A stretch of DNA of 64,000 bases. Origin: Candidatus Obscuribacteraceae bacterium (GTDB lineage Bacteria > Cyanobacteriota > Vampirovibrionia > Obscuribacterales > Obscuribacteraceae). The stretch lies in NCBI GenBank assembly GCA_044226015.1, contig JBGAHS010000012.1, positions 1-64,000 of the forward strand. The letters are read 5' to 3'. Within the stretch, counting starts at the first letter, position 1. Each line of letters starts with the position of its first letter. Under the pieces are notes generated by a model. The model made no database searches, was not told the origin of the DNA, and worked only from the letters and a program-made list of their open reading frames with translations. The position numbers and the translations under genes are program-made. Below, in pieces: positions 48,978 through 57,244 of the stretch.

Positions 48978-49700
48978 CTAATTCAAATCGCCGGGCTGCT
49001 TGCTGAAACCTTCTGGAACAAGTTGGTAGCCGCCACCATATACGGTTCTGATGTATTTGCGATCACCAGATTCTAATCGGGTGCGCAAATGGCGAATATG
49101 TACGCGAATTGTGTCTACATCATCATCCGGAGAATAGCCCCAGACTTCCTCGAGTAGTTTGCCAGTAGATACTGTTTGTCCATGGTGTTGCATCAAGCAA
49201 TGCAGTATTTCAAACTCAGTCGGAGTTAGTTTGACAACGCGCTCTTTCACCTTAGCCTGAAGATTCTCGGGCACCAGAGTGATTTCACCCGCGGTGAGTA
49301 TTTCGGGTAGAGACGCCGACTGCGGAACAGAACCTGCTCTTCTAAGCAGTGCGCGCACTCTTACCTGCAGTTCTGGAATTTCGAACGGCTTTGGAAGATA
49401 GTCATCAGCACCAGAGTCAAAACCTTTGACTTTGTCTTTAATCATTGTAAGTGCAGTCAACATCAAAACAGGAATGCCGGCTGTGGCAGCATTCTGTCTC
49501 AGTCTCTGACAAACAGTGAACCCGTCGAGGTCTGGCATCATTACGTCAAGCACGATGAGGTCTGGACGATTTTGCTGCGCAAGTGCCAGTCCTTTCATTC
49601 CATCATTAGCAGTAGTAACTTGGTGTCCGAGCAAGTCAAGATTTACCTTGATAAGCTCTGCGATGGCTATGTCATCGTCGATTACCAGAATTCTGGCCAA
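48978..49700 (-). CDS. rpaA: OmpR-family response regulator, RpaA-like
   Basis: [50 protein letters not shown] and YI.TVYG.GY match cyanobacterial RpaA. Confidence 0.82.
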   Translation of the reverse strand: MARILVIDDDIAIAELIKVNLDLLGHQVTTANDGMKGLALAQQNRPDLIVLDVMMPDLDGFTVCQRLRQNAATAGIPVLMLTALTMIKDKVKGFDSGADDYLPKPFEIPELQVRVRALLRRAGSVPQSASLPEILTAGEITLVPENLQAKVKERVVKLTPTEFEILHCLMQHHGQTVSTGKLLEEVWGYSPDDDVDTIRVHIRHLRTRLESGDRKYIRTVYGGGYQLVPEGFSKQPGDLN

Positions 49701-49736
49701 AGGTTGTCTCCTGTGTGTGTACTGAACCTGGAGGGG

Positions 49737-51806
49737 CTATTTCGCGTCTCCTAATTTTACTGGAAGTCGAGTTACTTGCCCCTGCCTTAAAACATTCAGT
49801 GTAACCACTTGACCCGGTTTTTTGGTCTCTACATAGCTGAGCAAATCATCAACTGAGGCAACCCTCTGGCTATCAACCCCAATTATGGTGTCAGCGCTTG
49901 AATTGTCAACCTGAACAAAATCGAAGCCATTAATTTTTCCGCGGCGAACGGTGGGTCCATGCAAGCCTGCCTCTGCTGCAGGTCCCTGTGGGTCAATTGC
50001 CGTAATCATAAGTCCGACATCAGTTGGAGTCACTTTGAGGATTCCAAGGTTCGGACGCAGAACGACGCCATGAGCAATCAGTTGTGGAACGATTCTCTTG
50101 ACTACGTTAATTGGAATCGCAAATCCTATTCCAGCACTTTGCTGAACCTTGCCAAGAATAGCTGTGGTAACTCCGATCATATTTCCCTGGGTGTCTAATA
50201 ATGGACCGCCAGAGTTTCCTGGATTGATTGCTGCATCTGTTTGCAGTACACCTTTAATGACTCTGCCATTTTCTGTGCGCATTGTTCGTCCAACGCTGGA
50301 TATGATGCCAGACGTCATTGTCAGGTCTAATCCAAATGGATTTCCAATTGCGTAAACACGTCTGCCAACCTCCAGTCGGCTGGAGTCGCCGAATTTTATA
50401 GTTGCAAGTTTTCTTGTTCCTGGTTCAATCTTCAAGACCGCCAGGTCATTGTCGGGGTCAGTACCAACCAGTTTTGCTTGGAAGGTGGTGCCATCGAACA
50501 GAGACACTCGCACCATGCTTGCACCATTCACCACGTGGTTGTTGGTGAGAATGTATCCGTCAGTAGAAATAATTGAACCAGAGCCAGTTTCGCTGGGTGA
50601 AGTCATGCCGAACATTACGGCTTCGGGGCTGGTGTTGATGGTTGTGACGTTGACAACAGCCTTGCTATCAGTTTTATAGACACGAATATTTGTTGCTTCT
50701 TCTGCTGTCACCGGCGCTGGTGGCGCTGAAGTGAAAACATCGGGCAAATTCTCATTGGATGAGTTGCTGTTTTTTGTATCTGCCTTATCCGCTTTTACTT
50801 TTTTCGTGCTTGAATTTGCCGCGATTTTTATAGAGGCTGATTTCGCTTGCCAGGAACTTTGTTTGCCCTCTTGAGCGAGCGCCGGTTTTTCAGCTGGCGT
50901 TGTATTGCTCGCACTTACGTTGCTCGCAATGCCCATCGACAGCGAAAGCAACAAAACTATTGCTCCGGCGGTATTCTTGAAATCACCTTTTTGTTTCTCG
51001 TCAGCTTTCATATTCTTTTCTTCGCCCGTTTTGTTGTCTTCACTACTTTTTTTTTCTTCGTTTGGATTGCTCTGATCTTCGCTGATGCTCTGACTCTCTT
51101 GTGTTTCAGCGTCTCTGGCTTTCTTCCCGATCTTCGGTTCAGTTCCGTTAAGTAATCGTTTGATGTTAGCCTGATGGCGCAAAATTACGTAACTGCTCCC
51201 AACTATATTGAATATCACGAAACTCGGCCGCGTGCCGTGTGTGAAATAGTGCATAAGAAAGGGACCCGACACTGCGGCTGCGATTGACCCGAGTGATACG
51301 TACTTCTTTATGTAGATAGTTGAAACGAAAACGATGAACATGCACAATCCGGCCAGAGGGTTCATCGCTGCTAATGCTCCCAATCCTGTGGCAGCACTCT
51401 TGCCGCCACCAAAATTCAGGAATATTGATTTGGCGTGAGCTAGCAGCGCAATGAATGCAACGATTGCTGGAAGAATGTAGTAGTGTGCAAAGGCTGTTTC
51501 GAAGGCTCCGCCTTTATCTTCGGGACCAAGCAAATACAACCAGGGCGGCAGGTCGACAAAACGTTCCGATATTGGGGCTGATGCCGCAATCGCTAAAACT
51601 ACTGGGAATGCGCCCTTGAACATATCGAAAATCAGAACGAAGACAGCCGGACCTTTTCCAACGCAGCGAAGCACATTCGTTGCGCCGGTTGAGCAGCTAC
51701 CTTCTTTTCGGATATCGATGCCTTTTAGTACTTTCCCGATCCAATACCCAGTCGGTATTGCGCCCATGAAATAGGAAAAGATGCAAATTATGGTCGCAGC
51801 AAGCAT
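49737..51806 (-). CDS. plsY: PlsY acyltransferase read in frame into an HtrA/DegP-type protease with PDZ domain (possibly two genes)
   Basis: PlsY motifs GAIPTG, DIRKEGS.STGATN..R, GGKSAAT and RH..NI.RL. HtrA motifs GSG, LTNNHVV, DLAVLK and TDAAINPGNSGGPL, plus PDZ. Internal ATG at 51011 followed by a signal peptide. Confidence 0.85.
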   Translation of the reverse strand: MLAATIICIFSYFMGAIPTGYWIGKVLKGIDIRKEGSCSTGATNVLRCVGKGPAVFVLIFDMFKGAFPVVLAIAASAPISERFVDLPPWLYLLGPEDKGGAFETAFAHYYILPAIVAFIALLAHAKSIFLNFGGGKSAATGLGALAAMNPLAGLCMFIVFVSTIYIKKYVSLGSIAAAVSGPFLMHYFTHGTRPSFVIFNIVGSSYVILRHQANIKRLLNGTEPKIGKKARDAETQESQSISEDQSNPNEEKKSSEDNKTGEEKNMKADEKQKGDFKNTAGAIVLLLSLSMGIASNVSASNTTPAEKPALAQEGKQSSWQAKSASIKIAANSSTKKVKADKADTKNSNSSNENLPDVFTSAPPAPVTAEEATNIRVYKTDSKAVVNVTTINTSPEAVMFGMTSPSETGSGSIISTDGYILTNNHVVNGASMVRVSLFDGTTFQAKLVGTDPDNDLAVLKIEPGTRKLATIKFGDSSRLEVGRRVYAIGNPFGLDLTMTSGIISSVGRTMRTENGRVIKGVLQTDAAINPGNSGGPLLDTQGNMIGVTTAILGKVQQSAGIGFAIPINVVKRIVPQLIAHGVVLRPNLGILKVTPTDVGLMITAIDPQGPAAEAGLHGPTVRRGKINGFDFVQVDNSSADTIIGVDSQRVASVDDLLSYVETKKPGQVVTLNVLRQGQVTRLPVKLGDAK

Positions 51807-51818
51807 CGTGAATGCCCT

Positions 51819-53216
51819 CTATTCGCGGTCTTTCGGACGAAGGAATAGTCTGATAGGAGCACCCTTGAATCCAAACGACTCTCTGATTTTTCTTTCAAGA
51901 TAAGCCATATAGCCGCTTGGAGCTAGTTTGTCATCATTTACCTTTAGCACGAAAGATGGTGGGCAAACTGAGACCTGAGTTGCATAATAGATGCGCAGTC
52001 TGCGCCCGCGCTTACTTGATGGCGGTGGTGTGAGCATTTGTGCATCTTGTATAACTTGGTTGATTGCTGAAGTACCAACGCGTTTTTGTGCTTCGCCGAA
52101 ACAGCGCATTGCAGCTTCCAGAATTTTCTTCACACGCTGCCCGCTTTTCGCTGAGACGAACACCACTTCTGCATATTTCAGATGAGGCAATTCCATTTCG
52201 ACTTTAGCTATGTACTCATTCATTAGTTTGCTCGATTTATTCGAGACAAGATCCCATTTGTTGAAGACAACTACGGCAGGCTTACCAGCATCGATGATTC
52301 GCTGAGCGATTTTTTGATCTTGATCAGCGATTTCTTGAGTTGCGTCCAGCATCATTACTGTAACGTCAGATCTCTCAATTGACTGAAAGGCGCGCACAAC
52401 CGAAAAGGCCTCGACCCCATACTCAACCTTTGAGCGTCTGCGAATTCCTGCCGTATCAATCAATGTGATTTTGCGCTCTTCAAATTCGAAAACGCTGTCG
52501 ACAGAATCACGGGTGGTGCCTGGAATGTCTGTGACGATTGATCTCTCTTTTCCTGTAATCGAATTTACGATTGACGATTTACCTACATTTGGACGTCCCA
52601 CGATGGCGAGAGCGAAGTCTCTTCTTTCTTCTTCCTCTACATTTTGTTCTTCGGGGTAAAGGTGGGCGTATTCGCTTTTCGGTTTGCCGTTTTTCTTGCA
52701 GCCATCTCTCAGGTTAGCTGGCAGCGTTTCAAGAATTTTGTCTAACAAGTCACCGACGCCACCAGTTCCTCTCAGAGCCGAAAGTGAAAGTGGTTCACCT
52801 AAGCCCAGGCTGTAAAAGTCGAGGAGGTTCGATTGGTCTTTTTGATTATCCAACTTGTTGACAGCGAGCAAAACAGGTTTCTTTGAGCGTCTCAGCATGT
52901 TGGCGACATCCTGATCTGCACCTGTGACGCCAGCCTTTCCATCGACCATGAAGACCACTACATCTGACTCTTCGACAGCTTTTTTGACTTGCTCTCGAAC
53001 TTGCCGAGTGATTTCTTCATTGGAATCAGGTAATAATCCGCCCGTATCTACGAGCAAAAATTCGTGACCTGACCAATCACAATCTCGATAGATGCGGTCG
53101 CGCGTTACTCCAGGGCTATCATAAACAATAGCCTCGCGTCCGCCGACGCAGCGATTGAAAAATGTCGATTTACCGACGTTTGGTCGTCCAACGATGACAA
53201 TTATGGGCTTGATCAT
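51819..53216 (-). CDS. der: Ribosome biogenesis GTPase Der
   Basis: Two GRPNVGKS G domains with PGVTRD and PGTTRD; C-terminal KH-like domain. Confidence 0.97.
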   Translation of the reverse strand: MIKPIIVIVGRPNVGKSTFFNRCVGGREAIVYDSPGVTRDRIYRDCDWSGHEFLLVDTGGLLPDSNEEITRQVREQVKKAVEESDVVVFMVDGKAGVTGADQDVANMLRRSKKPVLLAVNKLDNQKDQSNLLDFYSLGLGEPLSLSALRGTGGVGDLLDKILETLPANLRDGCKKNGKPKSEYAHLYPEEQNVEEEERRDFALAIVGRPNVGKSSIVNSITGKERSIVTDIPGTTRDSVDSVFEFEERKITLIDTAGIRRRSKVEYGVEAFSVVRAFQSIERSDVTVMMLDATQEIADQDQKIAQRIIDAGKPAVVVFNKWDLVSNKSSKLMNEYIAKVEMELPHLKYAEVVFVSAKSGQRVKKILEAAMRCFGEAQKRVGTSAINQVIQDAQMLTPPPSSKRGRRLRIYYATQVSVCPPSFVLKVNDDKLAPSGYMAYLERKIRESFGFKGAPIRLFLRPKDRE

Positions 53217-53304
53217 ACGGGTGTACCCCCGCAGAGAATGGTAGCACGCTATTCTTGCATTCGCCTTAGCCTGCTATCACTGTGTTTACGCCTATTTGAG
53301 GACT

Positions 53305-56300
53305 TTACTTCTTGTCCTTGTTGTCTTTCCCACCATGATCGCCCTTGGAGCCGAAGACCTTGCCAAGCTTTGGAGCCTGTGCATCGAGGTATCGCACTAG
53401 CGTATCTTTAGCATTATTAAGATACATGGCCATTTCAGTGTCGCCACCCGTATCAGGATGGACACCCGGTTTTGCCATTTCACGCTTCCATGCCTCCAGA
53501 ACCGCTGCCTTGCTGAGGTCTTCAGGTCTCAAGCCGAGTAGTTTGCAAGCTCTGCGAATGTCAGGAGCTACGACGCGAGGCATGTTTGCATGTTCATTGG
53601 TAGCCTGATGTTTTCCACCAACAAATTTGCGATTTACTTTACCGTCATCGCTAGCTGCCGCTTCCTCATGTTTATGCAATCTGCCTTGAACCAGATTGCG
53701 CAATTCATTGGGATCGAATTTTTGTGCCGGCGGTTTTTCCTCTTCGATTTCTTCGTCGTAATCTTCTTGAGCATTACCAGCGAATCCTGAGGAATCATCA
53801 AAATTCACTGTTGACGGATCTCCGAATCCACCACTAGTGCCAGCATCCATTGATGATTGAAATGCAACTCCTGGGTCTTGTTCTTGTCCATGACTTTGCG
53901 ATTCACTGCCATGTCCATAATCTGAACTCGCGTATCCTGACTCGTTGTTGTAGCCGTACTGACCTGCATTCGGCTCGGCACCCGTGCTGTAATCTGGAGC
54001 ATATCCGCTTTGATCGCCATATGCGTTGGGATCCTGTGAGTACGCGTTGGGATCCTGCGAGTACGCGTTGGGATCCTGCGAGTACGCGTTGGGATCCTGC
54101 GAGTATGCACTGGGATCCTGCGAGTATGCACTGGGATCCTGCGAGTACGCGTTGGGATCCTGCGAGTATGCGTTGGGATCTTGCGAGTATGCGTTGGGAT
54201 CCTGCGAGTATGCATTGGGATCCTGCGAGTACGCGTTGGGATCCTGTGAGTACGCGTTGGGATCCTGCGAGTAAGCGTTGGGATCCTGCGAGTAAGCGTT
54301 GGGGTCCTGCGAGTAAGCGTTGGGATCTTGTGAGTACGTGTTGGGATCCTGCGAGTACGCGTTGGGATCCTGCGAGTATGCGTTGGGATCCTGCGAGTAC
54401 GCGTTGGGATCCTGCGAGTACGCGTTGGGATCCTGCGAGTACTCATTTTGTGCTGGAGCTTCATCAGCTCCAAAGAAACTTGAATCCATGTAGTTGGGAA
54501 CTGCGAATCCCTGTGTCTCTGCCTGGTTGTCCTCAGCTGTCCAAGTGCCACCAGCAGTCGATTCTTGTTGAGTTTCATCACTTAGCTGGGGCTCAAAAAG
54601 TCCTTCGCTGAGAGGTTCTTGAATCGAAGTGTCGTCAAACAATCTCTCATCTGTAGAGACCATATCTGGGTTGACGTCACTCTCGGAGTGTAACTTCGGT
54701 GGTGAAGAAGGGCTCACGAGGAAGTCTGCCATCTCGCTGACTGCTTGAGGGTCAACAGTGTGGGCTGCATGTTCAGCTGCCTGAGTGAGTTCTTCCGCGA
54801 TGGGCTCGAAACTTACTTGCTCTTCGAATGTAACCTCTTCGGCTGGATGAGTTGAATCATCCATAATAGTGTCAATATCGGAGCCATCGATAGTGGCACC
54901 ATCTACGGTGCCACCTTCCGCACTGATACCTTCAACTTCAGGTGAATGGTAAGCAGGTAATTCGTTGGAGAATTCTTCTTGGTGATGCTCCATCGAGGGT
55001 GAAGGCTCGTCGGCTTCAAACTCACCAATAAAATTGCTGGCTTCAGGCGTATGTGCTACAGGACCCAGCTCAGCTTTAGCTGCTTCATAGCCTTGTTGCC
55101 AGAAGTCTTGCTGCGATTCTGCAAGACTTTGTTCAAGTTCGGCACGAGCAGCATCAAAGCCTTTTCGCCATTCCTCTTGAAGTGTATCGGGTGCGACCTG
55201 ATTTTGCTCAAGCTCAGCGCGGGCAGCGTCAAAACCTTTCTGCCACTCTTCTTTCATGAGTTCTTGCGAAGGAGCTGCATTCTTTTCGAACTCAGATTTT
55301 GCTGAGTCAAATCCTTTCTGCCACTCTAACTTCAGAAGCTCTTCAGACGGATTCGCTGCTGATTGCTTTTGTTCCTTTTGCAGTTCCTCTCTTGCTTCTT
55401 CGAACGCTTTCTTTTTGATTTCCTCGCGTTCTTTGGCAAAGGATTCTTCAAGTTCCATCTGAGCGAGTTGGTAGCCTTCTTCGAAGGCGTTGTCTCCCGA
55501 GGGGACTTCTTTGGCTTCTCTTTCCTTTTCTTTCTCTCTGTTCTTAAACTCCAGTGCCGCCGTGTCGTAACCTTCGTTCCACCACTCGTCGCGCACCTTC
55601 TTCATTTCTTCTTCAAATTCTGATTTGGCTGCGTTGTAGCCATCATCGTAGCTGCCTGAAACTGCAGCCTTCTCTTCAAGCTCGCGCTTGGCTGTTTCGT
55701 AGCCTTGTTGCCATGACGCTTTACCTGATTCCGCCAACTCTTCTTCGAGTTCATTTTTCGCAGCATCGTAGCCATCTTTCCATGATGCCTTGTTGGCGCT
55801 GGCTATTTCATCTTCGAGTTCTGCTCTTGCAAGGTCATAGCCTTCTTGTTTCGCTTTTTTAGCTGCTTCCTCTATGTCTCCAGCCAGATCTTTTTTCGCT
55901 GACTCAAAACCTTGCTGCCAGGAAGCCTTACCTGAGTCGGCGAGTTCTTCCTCAAGTTCATTCTTTGCAGACTCATAACCTTCTTTCCAGGCTTGCTCTT
56001 TAACGCTGCCGTACTGCTCTTCTAACTCGAGCCTTGCAGATTCGTAGCCTTCTTTCCAGCTTTCAGCAGGCGTTCTAGTAAGTTCGGCAGTGTTCACATC
56101 TTCAGCAAATGGCCATGGTCCTTGCTCAACGCTTGCTTTGCCAGCTTCTAAACCCTTCTGGTAGGAGTCTTCCAGAGCCTGTTTCATCTCTTCTTCGAGA
56201 CCCTGCTCGAGGTCTAATTTTGCTGAACTAATACCTTTTTGGAACGCTTCAGTCGCTTTTTTCTCGCTTTCACTATTTGCAGCTTCGAAACCTTTTAAAT

Positions 56301-56772
56301 AGGATTCTTCGGCTGCCTTGTAGACAGCAGATTCTAATTCTTGCTTACCAGCCTGATTGCCTTGTTCATAAGAGTCTTGAATGCTAAGTGCTAGCACCTG
56401 ATTAGCGGCTTCGAGTTCTTTGATTTGTTTAGTAAGTGATTTGTTTCGTTCTTTAAATGCCGCTAGCTCTTCGGATATCTGGTCAATCAGGTCCGAATCT
56501 GATGACTCTTGTGCTTTAACAAGCTCCTCGCTTAGTTCATCGACTCTTCGCAAAAGTCGATCGTATTCTGCGGCAACTATGCCGTGAACGTCACCTCTTG
56601 CATACGAAAGCATCTGCATCGTTTCGGCATCGCCGATGATTTGCTTGTAATCGACGCCAAGCTCTACCGCAAGAGAATAAGGATTTAGGTCAGCCCCCCG
56701 TTTCTGAAGGGATTCCAGAGCGGCTACTGCCTTGTCTCTGTTTATTTCACCCATAACGACTCCATCAGCCAT
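53305..56772 (-). CDS. Large repetitive acidic protein with C-terminal J-domain
   Basis: N-terminal HTH-like segment, coiled coil, about 17 (W/Y/F)xxG(Y/F)xxA(K/R) repeats, 20 YSQDPNA heptads and ACKLLGL...HPDTGG...LNNAKD. Confidence 0.85.
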   Translation of the reverse strand: MADGVVMGEINRDKAVAALESLQKRGADLNPYSLAVELGVDYKQIIGDAETMQMLSYARGDVHGIVAAEYDRLLRRVDELSEELVKAQESSDSDLIDQISEELAAFKERNKSLTKQIKELEAANQVLALSIQDSYEQGNQAGKQELESAVYKAAEESYLKGFEAANSESEKKATEAFQKGISSAKLDLEQGLEEEMKQALEDSYQKGLEAGKASVEQGPWPFAEDVNTAELTRTPAESWKEGYESARLELEEQYGSVKEQAWKEGYESAKNELEEELADSGKASWQQGFESAKKDLAGDIEEAAKKAKQEGYDLARAELEDEIASANKASWKDGYDAAKNELEEELAESGKASWQQGYETAKRELEEKAAVSGSYDDGYNAAKSEFEEEMKKVRDEWWNEGYDTAALEFKNREKEKEREAKEVPSGDNAFEEGYQLAQMELEESFAKEREEIKKKAFEEAREELQKEQKQSAANPSEELLKLEWQKGFDSAKSEFEKNAAPSQELMKEEWQKGFDAARAELEQNQVAPDTLQEEWRKGFDAARAELEQSLAESQQDFWQQGYEAAKAELGPVAHTPEASNFIGEFEADEPSPSMEHHQEEFSNELPAYHSPEVEGISAEGGTVDGATIDGSDIDTIMDDSTHPAEEVTFEEQVSFEPIAEELTQAAEHAAHTVDPQAVSEMADFLVSPSSPPKLHSESDVNPDMVSTDERLFDDTSIQEPLSEGLFEPQLSDETQQESTAGGTWTAEDNQAETQGFAVPNYMDSSFFGADEAPAQNEYSQDPNAYSQDPNAYSQDPNAYSQDPNAYSQDPNTYSQDPNAYSQDPNAYSQDPNAYSQDPNAYSQDPNAYSQDPNAYSQDPNAYSQDPNAYSQDPNAYSQDPSAYSQDPSAYSQDPNAYSQDPNAYSQDPNAYSQDPNAYGDQSGYAPDYSTGAEPNAGQYGYNNESGYASSDYGHGSESQSHGQEQDPGVAFQSSMDAGTSGGFGDPSTVNFDDSSGFAGNAQEDYDEEIEEEKPPAQKFDPNELRNLVQGRLHKHEEAAASDDGKVNRKFVGGKHQATNEHANMPRVVAPDIRRACKLLGLRPEDLSKAAVLEAWKREMAKPGVHPDTGGDTEMAMYLNNAKDTLVRYLDAQAPKLGKVFGSKGDHGGKDNKDKK
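54022..54441. repeat. 21-bp coding tandem repeat, 20 copies (YSQDPNA)
   Basis: Unit (c/t/a)gcgttgggatcctgcgagta repeated without spacers over 420 bp; most variation is synonymous. Confidence 0.97.
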
Positions 56773-56810
56773 TTATGCTGTCAGTCTCCAAACCAGCCCA
56801 TTTTCTGGAT

Positions 56811-56837
56811 ATACCCGGCCTCTGAAGACGATTAAAT
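56811..56837 (-). promoter_or_regulatory. SigB/SigF-type promoter upstream of the J-domain repeat gene
   Basis: Minus strand ATTT-N17-GGGTAT, 38 nt upstream of the ATG, with a GGAG RBS between. Confidence 0.5.
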
Positions 56838-56963
56838 CTCACAGCGAAAATTGCTGCGAAATTCACCTTAATTTATCTCATTTACTTGCGCTCGTCTCTC
56901 ATGACAATAAAATCTGCCATGCCTTCATTAATTGTCGAAACATCTGTCGAAACTCTTGCGTGG

Positions 56964-57242
56964 CTAATATCGCAAGATTTCGAAGCGGGAATATGAGGGG
57001 TCGATTTGCTCAATCCAGACCAGTTCGACATCGTCGACTCGCGCCGAGGGAGGACCCTTCTTGCACCATATAATGAGACTTTCAAGCTGCTCTTCTGGTC
57101 CTTGAGCTTCAACTTTAACAGAGCCATCGTCCTGATTTGCTACCCAACCAGTAAGTCCGAGCAAGCGAGCCTGGTCTGCGGTGCTCTGGCGGAAGAACAC
57201 GCCCTGAACGCGGCCCGTCACTCTCAAGCTGACTCTTTTCAT
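56964..57242 (-). CDS. acyP: Acylphosphatase
   Basis: GRVQGVFFR, GWVAN..DGSV and GPP.ARV motifs. Confidence 0.95.
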   Translation of the reverse strand: MKRVSLRVTGRVQGVFFRQSTADQARLLGLTGWVANQDDGSVKVEAQGPEEQLESLIIWCKKGPPSARVDDVELVWIEQIDPSYSRFEILRY

Positions 57243-57244
57243 TC

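Noticed and set aside
54022..54441. Possible CRISPR array
   Set aside because: Units are contiguous 21-mers with no unique spacers, they stay in frame within a CDS, and no cas genes are present.
53805..54611. Long alternative-frame and antisense ORFs over the repeat (RRIPTRT, WDPAS, ALGSCEY)
   Set aside because: Shadow frames, open only because the repeat unit has no stop codon in those frames.
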